From the NCBI GenBank assembly GCA_964550455.1, contig CAZJZG010000001.1, positions 52,222-116,221 of the forward strand: DNA of 64,000 nt. Reading direction: 5' to 3'. The DNA is from an uncultured Bacteroidales bacterium (GTDB lineage: Bacteria > Bacteroidota > Bacteroidia > Bacteroidales > JAAYJT01). The notes under the pieces were generated by a model. That model did no database searches and was not told where the DNA came from. It was given only the letters and a program-made list of their open reading frames with translations. The position numbers and the translations under genes were made by a program. How positions within the stretch are numbered: position 1 is the first letter of the stretch; each line of letters starts with the position of its first letter. Of this stretch, positions 9,552 through 19,877 are shown piece after piece.

Positions 9552-10571
9552 ATGCTCAGACTACGATTATTGCCTGCTTCAATCTTTTTGCTCTTCTTTT
9601 TATTTTTGGGTTGTAATAGCCTGAAAAACAAAAACGACCAACCCGAAAATGAATTAAAAGATTCTCTGGAAATTATACTTCAATTGGCTTCTCAACAGCC
9701 TGAAAATGCTGGTATTTTTAATGAACTTGCATTGTATTACCTTGCCAGGGAGAATTTCAATGATGCACTGCACAACATTAATAAAAGTCTGGAATTAGAA
9801 CCTAAAAACACAAAGTATTATATAACACTTTCCGATATTTATCTTATGATGGGCAATATAGAACATGCCCGATTTACTCTTTATAAGGCTTTGGACATTG
9901 ACGAAGAAAACGATGAGATATATGTAAATATCGGAAGACTGCAAATATATACTGAGGACTATCCGCAGGCTTTTGAAAATTTCAGAAAAGCTCTGGAGTT
10001 AAACAAAAAAAATAGTCAGGCACATTTCTGGCGGGGTATGGCATGGCTTGAGAATAATGATACGGTCAAAGCTATCAACGATTGGCAGATAGCAGTGGCC
10101 AGAGATCCTGAGAAATTTGATTACTACTATTACCTCGGTGTATTATTATCAGAACGCAAAGATCGTTTTGCAACTGATTATCTTGATCATGCACTCCGGC
10201 TGGCTCCTGAAAACACTGAAATCCTTTATGTTATAGGAATGGCTTTTCAGGAAATTGAAAATTATAATAAGGCAATTGAAACATATAAGCGTATTCTTGG
10301 GGGTAATTTATGCGATCACAGGGCATTGTTTAATATTGGTTATATTAATCTTGTTGAGAATGAAGATTATAATGAAGCGATCAGCTATTTTTCAGAGGCT
10401 CTGAATTGTTACCCTGAATATGCTGACGCTCTGTACAACAGAGGACTTGCCTATGAGCAAATGATGAACTTCGGTAAAGCAAGAAAAGATTATGAAGAAG
10501 TTCTGAAAATAAGCATTAATTATCAAAAAGCTATTGATGCTCTGAACCGCCTGGATAAAAATCATCAATAA
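9552..10571 (+). CDS. TPR-repeat lipoprotein
   Basis: Signal peptide with lipobox (LFFLFLGC). Multiple TPR-like repeats (A..Y...G....A...F..AL.L.P). ATG at 9552 is preferred over the TTG at 9540 in the ORF track. Confidence 0.7.
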   Translation: MLRLRLLPASIFLLFFLFLGCNSLKNKNDQPENELKDSLEIILQLASQQPENAGIFNELALYYLARENFNDALHNINKSLELEPKNTKYYITLSDIYLMMGNIEHARFTLYKALDIDEENDEIYVNIGRLQIYTEDYPQAFENFRKALELNKKNSQAHFWRGMAWLENNDTVKAINDWQIAVARDPEKFDYYYYLGVLLSERKDRFATDYLDHALRLAPENTEILYVIGMAFQEIENYNKAIETYKRILGGNLCDHRALFNIGYINLVENEDYNEAISYFSEALNCYPEYADALYNRGLAYEQMMNFGKARKDYEEVLKISINYQKAIDALNRLDKNHQ

Positions 10572-10638
10572 TATTCAGAGATTACCACCTACTATTCTTT
10601 TTATAAATTTTCTGATTTCTCTGAAAAACAATCAGCAA

Positions 10639-13062
10639 TTACAGCATAATTAAATTAGCAAGCTGATAAAAACTAAATGATGCAAGCCATGCCAGTGTAG
10701 ATGTATAGAAAATCACAAACAATGGCCATTTCCATGTTCCTGATTCCTTTTTAATAGCAGCAATTACCCCCACACAAGGGAAATATATCAGAATGAAAAG
10801 CATAAAGCTCATAGCTACAATGCCATTATATATTGGTTGCCCTGCCCGTTCACCATCCTGATATTTCTGAGCCTGAAGCTTACTGCCAAGCGATGCGGGG
10901 TTATCAACTCCATCATCACTTTCGAGATACAGTACTCCAAGAGTGCCAACAACAACTTCTTTTGCAGCAACACCGGTTAAAACAGCGACACTCATTTTCC
11001 AGTCAAAACCCAGGGGTCGCATAACAGGTTCAATAGCTTTGCCTAACTGACCGATAAATGAATTTTCCTGCTGCATTAACCGTAATTCCAGATTATTCTC
11101 TTCAGCATGATTTTGTGCGATCACCGAATCAGGTAAGCGAGGGAAAAAGCTAAGCGCCCATATAATAATGGATGCCACGAGTATTACCCCGGCAATTTTA
11201 CGCAAATACTGCTCGGCTCTATACCACATATGCTTAACTATTGACTTCACGGTAGGTAATCTGTATGGTGGCAGTTCCATTACAAAAGGTATATCTTGTT
11301 TCTTAAAGAAAACTTTGCTAAATAGTATTGAAGACAATACTGCTATCAGTATCCCCGTAAAATATAGTGAGAAAAGAATAGCACCCTGATATTTTGTAAA
11401 AAACGCACTTATAAACAGTATATATACAGGAAGCCTGGCGCTGCACGACATGAATGGATTTATCAGCATTGTGATAATCCTGTCGCGGCGGCTTTCAATT
11501 ATACGCGTTGATAAAATAGCAGGAACATTACAGCCAAAGCCCATTACAAGTGGGATAAACGATTTACCATGCAAACCGATATGATGCATGAATTTATCCA
11601 TTATAAATACTGCACGCGCCATATAACCGGTATCTTCCATCAGGGAAATGAAGAAATAAAGCAAAAGAATATTGGGCAAGAATACAATCACCCCTCCTAC
11701 TCCGCCAATTATTCCCTGTACCAGTAAGTCCTTCATCCAGCTTTCAGGTAATGCAGTATTAACAATATTAGAAATCTCACTTACACCCCATTCGATCCAC
11801 TCCATTGGATACTGCCCAAGCTTGAAAGTGGTGTAAAATGTAATATACATAAAGAGCAGAAAAATAGGAATACCCCATAATCTGTCAGTTACAACACTGT
11901 CAATCCACTCGCTTTTGCGTACTTTCTTTTCAGGACTTGGAGTTAATGTTTCCATTATGGCACCGGAAATAAAACCATAGCGCGCATCAGTGATCAATGA
12001 CTCTGTATCAACCTGCATTTCTTTTTCAATACGTGCTATATGCTCATTGGTAATATTAAATATTTCTTCGGCATTCACGCTTTGCTTTACTATTTCATGT
12101 GCATGCCGGTCATTTTCAAGTAGTTTAATTGAAATAAACCGGGGGGAGATATGATTGGTTATAAAATCATTTTCCTTGATCCTGATCTTATTTTGTATAT
12201 CAACAATTGCCTTTTCAATAGTTACACCATAATTAATATGTATATGCCTGAGCATTGGTTCCTTATCTTGATATACTTCTGCTATGGTATCAAATAATTC
12301 CTTTATCCCCTTTCCTTTCGATGCCACTGTAGGAACAAAAGGAATACCAAGTAACCTGCCAAGATTTTCATAATCCAATTTATCGCCCTGACGTTCAAGG
12401 TCGTCATACATATTTAATGCTACAACAACCTTTATATCCATATCAATGAGCTGAGTTGTAAGGTAAAGATTACGTTCAAGATTTGAAGCATCAACAATAT
12501 TAACAACTACATCAGGTAAATTATCAACAATAAAATCACGAACATAAAGTTCCTCAGGCGAATATGCCGTTAATGAATACGTTCCGGGTAAATCGGTAAT
12601 AACAAATTCATGTTCACCCATTCTAAACCGGGCTTCTTTTGCGTCAACGGTTACACCACTATAGTTTCCAACTCTTTCTCTTGAATTTGATGCAAAATTG
12701 AAAATTGTGGTTTTGCCTGAATTCGGATTTCCAACAAGAGCTACATTAATGGTCTTTTGCTTGTTCTTAGCTGATTCTTTTAGCAGCAGATCGCCCGGAA
12801 TACCTGACAAGCCATTTGAATTATTAGTTTTTACCTCACTTTCGCTAGTTATCTCAATAAGTGCAGCTTCTGAATTCCGTAACGAAACATTATAGCCCAT
12901 TATATTGTATTCCACCGGATCTTTAAGAGGTGCCCGCTGTATTGTAGTAATCTCTTTTCCTGCTACAAAACCCATTTCGATAATGCGCTTACGAAATGCA
13001 CCTCGTCCTTTGACTTTGGTAATGATGGCTTTTTCTCCTACTTCAAGTTGCAGTAAGTTCAC
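10639..13062 (-). CDS. feoB: Ferrous iron transporter FeoA-FeoB fusion
   Basis: N-terminal FeoA-like SH3 domain (LEVGEKAIITKV), FeoB G-domain (VALVGNPNSGKTTIFN, DLPGTYSL), and a long polytopic membrane domain. 807 aa. Confidence 0.9.
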   Translation of the reverse strand: MNLLQLEVGEKAIITKVKGRGAFRKRIIEMGFVAGKEITTIQRAPLKDPVEYNIMGYNVSLRNSEAALIEITSESEVKTNNSNGLSGIPGDLLLKESAKNKQKTINVALVGNPNSGKTTIFNFASNSRERVGNYSGVTVDAKEARFRMGEHEFVITDLPGTYSLTAYSPEELYVRDFIVDNLPDVVVNIVDASNLERNLYLTTQLIDMDIKVVVALNMYDDLERQGDKLDYENLGRLLGIPFVPTVASKGKGIKELFDTIAEVYQDKEPMLRHIHINYGVTIEKAIVDIQNKIRIKENDFITNHISPRFISIKLLENDRHAHEIVKQSVNAEEIFNITNEHIARIEKEMQVDTESLITDARYGFISGAIMETLTPSPEKKVRKSEWIDSVVTDRLWGIPIFLLFMYITFYTTFKLGQYPMEWIEWGVSEISNIVNTALPESWMKDLLVQGIIGGVGGVIVFLPNILLLYFFISLMEDTGYMARAVFIMDKFMHHIGLHGKSFIPLVMGFGCNVPAILSTRIIESRRDRIITMLINPFMSCSARLPVYILFISAFFTKYQGAILFSLYFTGILIAVLSSILFSKVFFKKQDIPFVMELPPYRLPTVKSIVKHMWYRAEQYLRKIAGVILVASIIIWALSFFPRLPDSVIAQNHAEENNLELRLMQQENSFIGQLGKAIEPVMRPLGFDWKMSVAVLTGVAAKEVVVGTLGVLYLESDDGVDNPASLGSKLQAQKYQDGERAGQPIYNGIVAMSFMLFILIYFPCVGVIAAIKKESGTWKWPLFVIFYTSTLAWLASFSFYQLANLIML

Positions 13063-13128
13063 AGTGAGTGTATATTTAAGTGATTAAGTTAAAAACACAA
13101 ATTCATTATTTAGAATTATTTTAAACTG

Positions 13129-13136
13129 CAAAGTTA
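13129..13136 (-). promoter_or_regulatory. Candidate -7 box (TAACTTTG on the minus strand) for feoAB
   Basis: Plus-strand caaagtta is the reverse complement of TAnnTTTG, 67 nt upstream of the feoAB ATG. Confidence 0.3.
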
Positions 13137-13186
13137 TTGGAATTTTGCAAATAGTGGGTATAATAATATTTGATTAATATTTTTTT

Positions 13187-13194
13187 TACTTTTG
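13187..13194 (+). promoter_or_regulatory. Candidate -7 box TACTTTTG for the downstream lipoprotein gene
   Basis: Matches TAnnTTTG and overlaps the TTG (13192) that the ORF track uses as a start. This argues for the ATG at 13231. Confidence 0.35.
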
Positions 13195-13230
13195 GAAACA
13201 GAAATAATTAACAAAAAAACTGGTTGTGCT

Positions 13231-14400
13231 ATGAAAAAGGTTTACCTTATACTCCTTATTGGCTTAATTGTAAGCAGTTGCATGAGCTCATCAAAGCTGA
13301 TGCAATCAGGCAGATATGATGCTGCACTGGATAGAGCAGTTAAAGAACTGCGTAAGAATCCTGATAAAACAGAAGATATCCTTGCTCTTGAACGGGCTTA
13401 TTCTATTTTGAACGAACGCACAATAGAGCGTATTAACTTCCTGAAGCTTGATAATAATCCCCGCAATCTTGAGGAATTAATAAACCTTTACTCAGAATTA
13501 AAGTACCGGCAAACACTTGTGCGCACTGTATTACCGTTGAATCTTCCTGACAGGGTTATTAATTACCCTTATGTTAATTATGATGCAGAAATTATAGAAG
13601 CTAAAAATTCTGCCGCCGGCTATTTTTATGATAATGCCATGAAGCTAATGGAACAAAAAACAAAAGAAGCCTACAGGCAGGCTCATGTGGAATTTAAGAA
13701 AGCAAAAACCTACAGCTATAACTATCAGGATATTGATAAAATGATTCAGAAATCAAAATATGATGGAATAAGCAGAGTACTTATCATGGTTCATAATCAC
13801 ACTCCTATTAAGCTAAGTGATGATTTTTTGAATAACCTTCTAACTGTAAAACCCGAGGAGCTGGATAGCGAATGGGTTGAATATTATTTCAAGGACCTGG
13901 ATGAAGCTATTATGTTTGATTATTATATTGTAGTGAACCTTAGATCATTCGATATTTCGCCTGATAATACGAAGGATAGCGACAGACTTGTTAAAAAGCG
14001 TGTACAGGATGGTCATGAATATATGCTTGACGACAGAGGTAATGTGGCTAAAGATACAGCCGGAAATGATATTAAGGTTCCCCGATATGTTAATTTAACC
14101 TGTGCCATTATTGAAACTTTGCAACAAAAACATGCCTATATTGAAGGTGATGTTGAATTTGTGTCACTCAATCCCCAAAGAATACTGAAAAAAGAACCGG
14201 TAGGGGCTTCAAATAGTTTTGAACACAGATCAGCCAGAGCTATTGGTGACCTTGGAGCTCTTGACGAAGAAACACTTAAATTAATTGATGCAAAACTGCT
14301 TCCTTTTCCGGATGATGGCGAAATGGCAATGCTTGCTACTGAAAGTTTAAGGATGGCAGTTGCACAGGTTATTCAAAAAAACAAAAGGCTTATCAAATAA
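13231..14400 (+). CDS. Hypothetical lipoprotein
   Basis: MKKVYLILLIGLIVSSC signal peptide with lipobox from the ATG at 13231. No recognisable catalytic motif. The track ORF (13192) has a 13-aa TTG-initiated extension that is probably not translated. Confidence 0.5.
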   Translation: MKKVYLILLIGLIVSSCMSSSKLMQSGRYDAALDRAVKELRKNPDKTEDILALERAYSILNERTIERINFLKLDNNPRNLEELINLYSELKYRQTLVRTVLPLNLPDRVINYPYVNYDAEIIEAKNSAAGYFYDNAMKLMEQKTKEAYRQAHVEFKKAKTYSYNYQDIDKMIQKSKYDGISRVLIMVHNHTPIKLSDDFLNNLLTVKPEELDSEWVEYYFKDLDEAIMFDYYIVVNLRSFDISPDNTKDSDRLVKKRVQDGHEYMLDDRGNVAKDTAGNDIKVPRYVNLTCAIIETLQQKHAYIEGDVEFVSLNPQRILKKEPVGASNSFEHRSARAIGDLGALDEETLKLIDAKLLPFPDDGEMAMLATESLRMAVAQVIQKNKRLIK

Positions 14401-14470
14401 CCTTGCCCAAGTATCAACCTGAAAAACAATTATTATAATTGAGCAGGCAACAAAAAGGTATCAAAAAAAA

Positions 14471-14497
14471 ACGCCCGAAACTATGCCGGGCGTTTTT
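14471..14497. terminator. Bidirectional intrinsic terminator between convergent genes
   Basis: Stem ACGCCCG (14471-14477) pairs with CGGGCGT (14487-14493). It is flanked by an A-run (14463-14470) and a T-run (14493-14497). Confidence 0.65.
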
Positions 14498-14515
14498 ATA
14501 ATAGGTTAATAATTA

Positions 14516-17422
14516 CTACTTTATAATCAATTTATTGCTGATTACACTTTCACCATTGTCAAGGCTTATCAGATAAACACCTTTATTCAGATTACTAATA
14601 TCGAGCTGTAGAACATTGTTATCATTAATAATTCTGAAATCTTTTTGTAAAACACTACGTCCGCTCAAATCGCTTATGTTTACTTTAACCTGACCCGACT
14701 TTGTTGTGTTGTATTCAATAAACACATTCTGAGTAGCCGGATTTGGATATATGTTCAAACGCACAATATCCTTCTTACTGTTTCCATGCAATTCGTTAAT
14801 ACCAACAATGGCAAAATGGTTTGTTTTATATATTCCACGACCAAATGTAGCAGCATAAATTCTGCCATAGTTATCAGTACCGGGAATAGTTTCATTATTA
14901 ATCGAATCAATAGGTACTGTTACTGAAGGTATATTAATAAGCTGCTGTTTCAACTGAACAACTGTTACTTCACCCATGGCTCCGTTTTGTGGTATCCATA
15001 CAACCTGACTTGCATTAAGGTTTGTTGTAGTGAAAATTCCCATTTCAGTTCCAAGCATAGCTATATTTGAATTCTTCATTTCGATTAATGATGAATAAAT
15101 GGGCATTTTGGGTAAATTGCCCTGAACTGATAAAAACTCAGGATCATCACTGGTAGCATTTGTTGAACGATAAACATATTCATCATTACCATAATTCCCG
15201 AGTGTAACAATAACATGATCATTATTTTGTGGATCAACAGCAATAGAAGTAACAACTCTGCCTGTAAAGTTTAGGACTTCAGTAGTAATAATTTTGCACT
15301 GATCACTTGTAATATCTGCCGACAAAGAATCTTGTGCCTGATTCATATTACTCAGCCGGTATAATTTACCATCTCTGGTTCCTACCCAAAAATAATCACC
15401 GTCATTAGAAAGTCCCATGCTCTTGGGTATTCCTGTTGGAGTCAGAATCTTATACCATACTGCAGGTTTGGTAAACTGAATACCATGGTTGGTCATAAAT
15501 ACACTGTTCTGAACATTTGTATTTTTCATGCCATAAAATAATCTGGTAAATATCTTATCCTTGATTTTTATGGTATCACCTGCATTTAAATCTTCAGTTA
15601 AAGTATATTGGATCGGATATCTGCCGTTCTCACTCCTCACCCAGATTGTACTGTTTGCTTTTAAAGTATCCATTGCAACATAGGTAATACTATCAATACT
15701 ATATTGATAATCGAAGTTTTCCCAATACAACATAGTTGGTAAAAGATTAGTGATAGTTGTATTGGTAGGAGAAAATGGTGCCAAAGCGGTGGTCAGACCT
15801 AAATCGTCAGAGCGATACAGTGGAACAGCCTGGGCAGTGGAACTGGTTGGTACACCTCTTGACCAGATAATGGCATTTTGATTAATAGTGCTCATAAAAA
15901 CATGACCACCATTCAAACCGTTTCCATCAAAACTCTGAGCATATCCGTTTGTATTTCCATGTTCTGGAATATAGAGTACTCCATTGGTTTGTGTTCCTAA
16001 TATCATTTTCTTACCACTGTTGAACCCAACGGAATAACATTGCGAAGTAATATAGTTGCGATTTAAATTCTGGAAAGTTTCAAGTCCGTCAGTTGAACGA
16101 AAAACACCCCGATCGGTTCCAATTACAATTGTATTAAAGTCATTGGGTTTGAATGCATAAGAATGGTGTTTTGATCCAATAAAATCAGGTTCCATACCGT
16201 CCCCTGTTTTATTCAACCACGCGTAATATCCATCTTCCTGAACTTTTATTCCTTGCCACATATTCAGACCTCCTACCAGTATCATATCCGGATTATCAGG
16301 ATAAACAAGAATAGTATTTGCATACTGTCCAATATTATCAGCGCCAAACAGGTTGAAGAACAAATTACTTGATCCGGGTCCAACCACTCTCCAGGTTTCC
16401 CCTCTGTTTACTGACAGATATATATTCTCCAATTGACCCACAGAGGCTCCACCTTTAGCAGCAACGCAGTAGATATAATTAGGATTACTTGGAGCTATAG
16501 CAGCTTCAATCCGGGTTATATCAACAAAAGGAAGCCCAGTTGGTAATACTCCCGTTGAATGATTAACAAAATTTTCGGGATTACCGTTATCCGAAATATA
16601 AACTCTGCCATTTCCTGTGGCTACAGTAATTCCGTCAGATCCGATTTTAACATCAAGCATCGGGAAATTTAAAACATTATTGTCAATATCTTTTGTGGAT
16701 ACCCAGCTATTTCCTCCGTCACTTGAATATTTTAGGCCAGTATGAGTGGCTGCATAAAGTTTTGACGGACTACCCGGATGAACTGCCAGCTTATTAACAT
16801 AAGCCCACTCTGTCAAACTATCATTAGCTACAGGCTGGGTAGATGTAAGTAACTGGAAATTATCTCCTGTTTCAGATGAAACAAATACACCATTTCCCAT
16901 AAATCCTGGATATGCCGAATACAAGAAAACACGAAAAGTCTCGCCGGTTCCCACATAAATTCTTCCATTACTGGCTTGAACCATCGAAGTTACATTCATG
17001 ATATTACCTGTACCCGGAACTGATTCCCAGGTTATTCCTCCTGTTACTGATTTCCAGATTCCGCCGCTGGTAGAAGCAGCATAAAGTGTTTTATATTCCG
17101 GGTCACGAATGTCGTATAAAACTGCACGTGTTCTGCCTCCAAAATTATCAGGTCCTGCATTTTCCCATACAATATCCTGTTCGTATCCGGTAGATTTTAG
17201 TTTCATTTGTCTCGCTTCAAGTACATCAGCAGGGTCAATTGTACCAGTGATCTGGTTGTTTCTGATTGACATAAAATATTCATGATAGGAGTCATAATCA
17301 GTCCAACCTGCCTTTTGCAGCGTATCATCCTGATTTTTAAGCAAATCAGCTGCTGTAAGACTCAAAATAGTAATGCCTGCAAATACTGCCAGCACATTGA
17401 AAAGTAATTTTTTGTGTTTCAT
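14516..17422 (-). CDS. Secreted BNR/Asp-box (sortilin/Vps10-like beta-propeller) protein with T9SS C-terminal sorting domain
   Basis: Signal peptide. Repeated SxDxGxTW-like boxes (SVTGGITWES, SSDGGNSWVS, SVNRGETWRV, STDGLETFQN). C-terminus LNIYPNPATQNV...GVYLISLDNG...LIIK is typical of type A T9SS CTDs. Confidence 0.7.
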   Translation of the reverse strand: MKHKKLLFNVLAVFAGITILSLTAADLLKNQDDTLQKAGWTDYDSYHEYFMSIRNNQITGTIDPADVLEARQMKLKSTGYEQDIVWENAGPDNFGGRTRAVLYDIRDPEYKTLYAASTSGGIWKSVTGGITWESVPGTGNIMNVTSMVQASNGRIYVGTGETFRVFLYSAYPGFMGNGVFVSSETGDNFQLLTSTQPVANDSLTEWAYVNKLAVHPGSPSKLYAATHTGLKYSSDGGNSWVSTKDIDNNVLNFPMLDVKIGSDGITVATGNGRVYISDNGNPENFVNHSTGVLPTGLPFVDITRIEAAIAPSNPNYIYCVAAKGGASVGQLENIYLSVNRGETWRVVGPGSSNLFFNLFGADNIGQYANTILVYPDNPDMILVGGLNMWQGIKVQEDGYYAWLNKTGDGMEPDFIGSKHHSYAFKPNDFNTIVIGTDRGVFRSTDGLETFQNLNRNYITSQCYSVGFNSGKKMILGTQTNGVLYIPEHGNTNGYAQSFDGNGLNGGHVFMSTINQNAIIWSRGVPTSSTAQAVPLYRSDDLGLTTALAPFSPTNTTITNLLPTMLYWENFDYQYSIDSITYVAMDTLKANSTIWVRSENGRYPIQYTLTEDLNAGDTIKIKDKIFTRLFYGMKNTNVQNSVFMTNHGIQFTKPAVWYKILTPTGIPKSMGLSNDGDYFWVGTRDGKLYRLSNMNQAQDSLSADITSDQCKIITTEVLNFTGRVVTSIAVDPQNNDHVIVTLGNYGNDEYVYRSTNATSDDPEFLSVQGNLPKMPIYSSLIEMKNSNIAMLGTEMGIFTTTNLNASQVVWIPQNGAMGEVTVVQLKQQLINIPSVTVPIDSINNETIPGTDNYGRIYAATFGRGIYKTNHFAIVGINELHGNSKKDIVRLNIYPNPATQNVFIEYNTTKSGQVKVNISDLSGRSVLQKDFRIINDNNVLQLDISNLNKGVYLISLDNGESVISNKLIIK

Positions 17423-17534
17423 ACCAAATTGAATTTAGACACTAAGATTTCTAGTATTTACTCAGTAAGTTATTGTTAATCAGTAATTTTAACTTTTAAT
17501 AAGGCTTCCGGGAAAGTCCTTTGCATTAAGCGAA

Positions 17535-17542
17535 CAAAGATA
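17535..17542 (-). promoter_or_regulatory. Candidate -7 box (TATCTTTG on the minus strand) for the T9SS cargo gene
   Basis: Plus-strand caaagata, 113 nt upstream of the ATG at 17422. Forms an inverted repeat with the box at 17593-17600. Confidence 0.35.
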
Positions 17543-17592
17543 TATCAATTTTTCAATTAACCAATAATATGTTTAAAAATCGTAGTAATCCA

Positions 17593-17600
17593 TATCTTTG
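17593..17600 (+). promoter_or_regulatory. Candidate -7 box TATCTTTG for the small ORF/mutL operon
   Basis: Matches TAnnTTTG, 124 nt upstream of the ATG at 17724. Confidence 0.35.
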
Positions 17601-17723
17601 CATCTCGGCAATATTAAGATTTATTGAAGTAGCTTATTTAGAATCTTTATTTAACCACAACTTTAATTATTCAGGTTAATCATTAATTATCAATGCTTTA
17701 ACAGAACAATAAAATAACATAAG

Positions 17724-18011
17724 ATGAAAATTTCATTTTTTAAGACCGGGAAACCTAAAACTTTTAATTATCAGCCCCTCTACTACGATGAGCGAAAGGA
17801 AGAACTGGAAAATATAAAAAAGCAAATACAGGGTGATTCAGAAGATGATGTAGTAGAGCGTATTCGCTCAAACATTCATCGTTCATGGCGCGAAAGCTAT
17901 GACAGACGACGTGGCAAAGGAGCTGTTTCAGGAAGCCGGCTGATAATTTATCTTATTATACTCGGCTTGCTGATATACCTTATCTTTTTTGCGAAATTCT
18001 TCTATAAATAA
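17724..18011 (+). CDS. Small hypothetical membrane protein
   Basis: 95 aa with a basic/acidic N-terminal half and a single C-terminal TM helix (LIIYLIILGLLIYLIFF). No recognisable family. Confidence 0.4.
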   Translation: MKISFFKTGKPKTFNYQPLYYDERKEELENIKKQIQGDSEDDVVERIRSNIHRSWRESYDRRRGKGAVSGSRLIIYLIILGLLIYLIFFAKFFYK

Positions 18012-18029
18012 CTGACTAAACATTTGTAC

Positions 18030-19865
18030 ATGCCAGATGTAATCAAATTACTTCCCGAATCTGTAGCTAATCAGATTGCTGCAGGCGAGGTCATTCAGCG
18101 GCCTGCTTCAGCAGTTAAAGAGCTGCTTGAGAATTCTGTGGACGCCGGAGCTACAGATGTAAAATTGTTTGTAAAAGATTCAGGACGGTCATTAATCCAG
18201 GTGAATGACAATGGTTGCGGAATGTCTTTAACCGATGCCCGTCTGGCTTTTGAGCGTCATGCAACATCTAAGATCCGGGAAGCAAATGATCTTTTTGCTA
18301 TTCGAACCCTTGGTTTCAGAGGCGAAGCTCTTGCCTCAATAGCTGCTATTGCACAGATTCAGATTAAAACACGAAGACACGAAGACGAACTTGGAACTCT
18401 GATAGAGATTGAAGGAGCTGATTTTAAACAGCAGTCGCCCTGCTCCTGCCCTGCCGGAACTTCAATTGCTGTAAAAAACTTGTTTTTCAATGTTCCTGCA
18501 CGCCGTAATTTCCTGAAATCAAACACAGTGGAATTCAGGCATATAATTGAAGAATTTCAAAGAGTGGCATTAGTTTATCCTGAAATTAGCTTTTCATTAT
18601 ACAACGATGATCGCCCGATGTTTGTACTTCAGGCAACAAACCTGAAGCAAAGGATTATAAATCTTATGGGAAATCATTTTCTGAACCGGCTAATACCAAT
18701 TGAAGAAGAAAACCCGGAAGCTTATATTATCGGATTTATCGGAAAGCCGGAGTTTGCAAAAAAAACACGTGGTGAACAATATTTTTTCGTGAACAAACGC
18801 TTTATCCGCAATGCCTATATGCACCACGCAGTTGACAGTGCTTACAAAGAACTTATACCTGATGACTCTCACCCGGTGTATTTCATATATCTGGATGTAA
18901 ATCCTGAAAATATTGATGTAAACATTCATCCCACTAAAACTGAAGTGAATTTCAGGTATAATCAGGTTATTTATTCAATTCTGAAATCATCGGTTAAAAA
19001 GGCACTGGGAAAGTTCAGCCTCGAACCAACCCTTGACTTTGACAAAGAACAGGGAATTGAGATAACTCCTCTGCCACCAGGTTATATACCCAAACAGCCT
19101 GAAATAAAAGTTGATCCTAAATACAATCCTTTTAGCCAACAATCTGGTACAAGCCAGTTTCAGGTTAAAAAACCGGTTGACGATTCCTGGAAAAGTCTTT
19201 TCCCACAAAAAACTGAAGAACAGGCTTCGTATATTCTACAGGGAGACACTGAAGAGGTACCTATGGATAGCAATGAAAGCAATGAATTTTCAACACCAGA
19301 CAGTAAATTTCTTATCCAGTTGAACGCCCGTTACATAGTTGCCCCTGTAAAATCCGGATTAATGCTTATTGATCAGTATCAGGCGCACCAGCGAATTTTA
19401 TACGATAAGCTGCTTGAGAGGCTGTCAACAAATAAAGCCGGTTCACAAAAAAACATGTTCCCTCAAACCGTTCATTTTAGTCCGGCAAATGCTGATATTG
19501 TAAAAGAAATACTTCCTCAGCTTAATTCTCTTGGGTTTGAAATTGAACCTCTGGGAGTGAACACCTATGTTGTTAGTGCTATCCCGGGGGATTCAGAAAA
19601 TGAAGATGTAAATGAACTTTTAGAGAAGATAATTGATAATTATAAGAAGAACCTTATTGATCTGAAAAGTGACAGAAATACTAATCTTGCAAGGTCAATG
19701 GCAAGGCAAATGGCAATAAAGCCCGGCAAAATTCTTGGCAGCGAAGAAATGATGGAAATTATCAACCAGTTATTTGCAAGCAAAGCACCGGAAATATCTC
19801 CTGACGGCAGTCCTACCCTTCGCATTATTACATTGAATGAGATTAATAAAAAATTCAGGGAATAA
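18030..19865 (+). CDS. mutL: DNA mismatch repair protein MutL
   Basis: GHKL ATPase N-terminus (VANQIAAGEVIQRPASAVKELLENSVDAGA, DNGCGM, GFRGEAL) and a C-terminal dimerisation domain. ATG at 18030 is preferred over the TTG at 18024. Confidence 0.92.
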   Translation: MPDVIKLLPESVANQIAAGEVIQRPASAVKELLENSVDAGATDVKLFVKDSGRSLIQVNDNGCGMSLTDARLAFERHATSKIREANDLFAIRTLGFRGEALASIAAIAQIQIKTRRHEDELGTLIEIEGADFKQQSPCSCPAGTSIAVKNLFFNVPARRNFLKSNTVEFRHIIEEFQRVALVYPEISFSLYNDDRPMFVLQATNLKQRIINLMGNHFLNRLIPIEEENPEAYIIGFIGKPEFAKKTRGEQYFFVNKRFIRNAYMHHAVDSAYKELIPDDSHPVYFIYLDVNPENIDVNIHPTKTEVNFRYNQVIYSILKSSVKKALGKFSLEPTLDFDKEQGIEITPLPPGYIPKQPEIKVDPKYNPFSQQSGTSQFQVKKPVDDSWKSLFPQKTEEQASYILQGDTEEVPMDSNESNEFSTPDSKFLIQLNARYIVAPVKSGLMLIDQYQAHQRILYDKLLERLSTNKAGSQKNMFPQTVHFSPANADIVKEILPQLNSLGFEIEPLGVNTYVVSAIPGDSENEDVNELLEKIIDNYKKNLIDLKSDRNTNLARSMARQMAIKPGKILGSEEMMEIINQLFASKAPEISPDGSPTLRIITLNEINKKFRE

Positions 19866-19877
19866 AACAGATTAAAT

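Noticed and set aside
10572-10638. Possible terminator hairpin CTGATT-N12-AATCAG between the convergent TPR and feoAB genes. Similar weak stems follow recA (about 9487-9502) and sit between deoD and rny.
   Set aside because: The stems are only 5-6 bp, AU-rich, with large loops and no clear U-tracts. They do not meet the standard of the terminators I did call.
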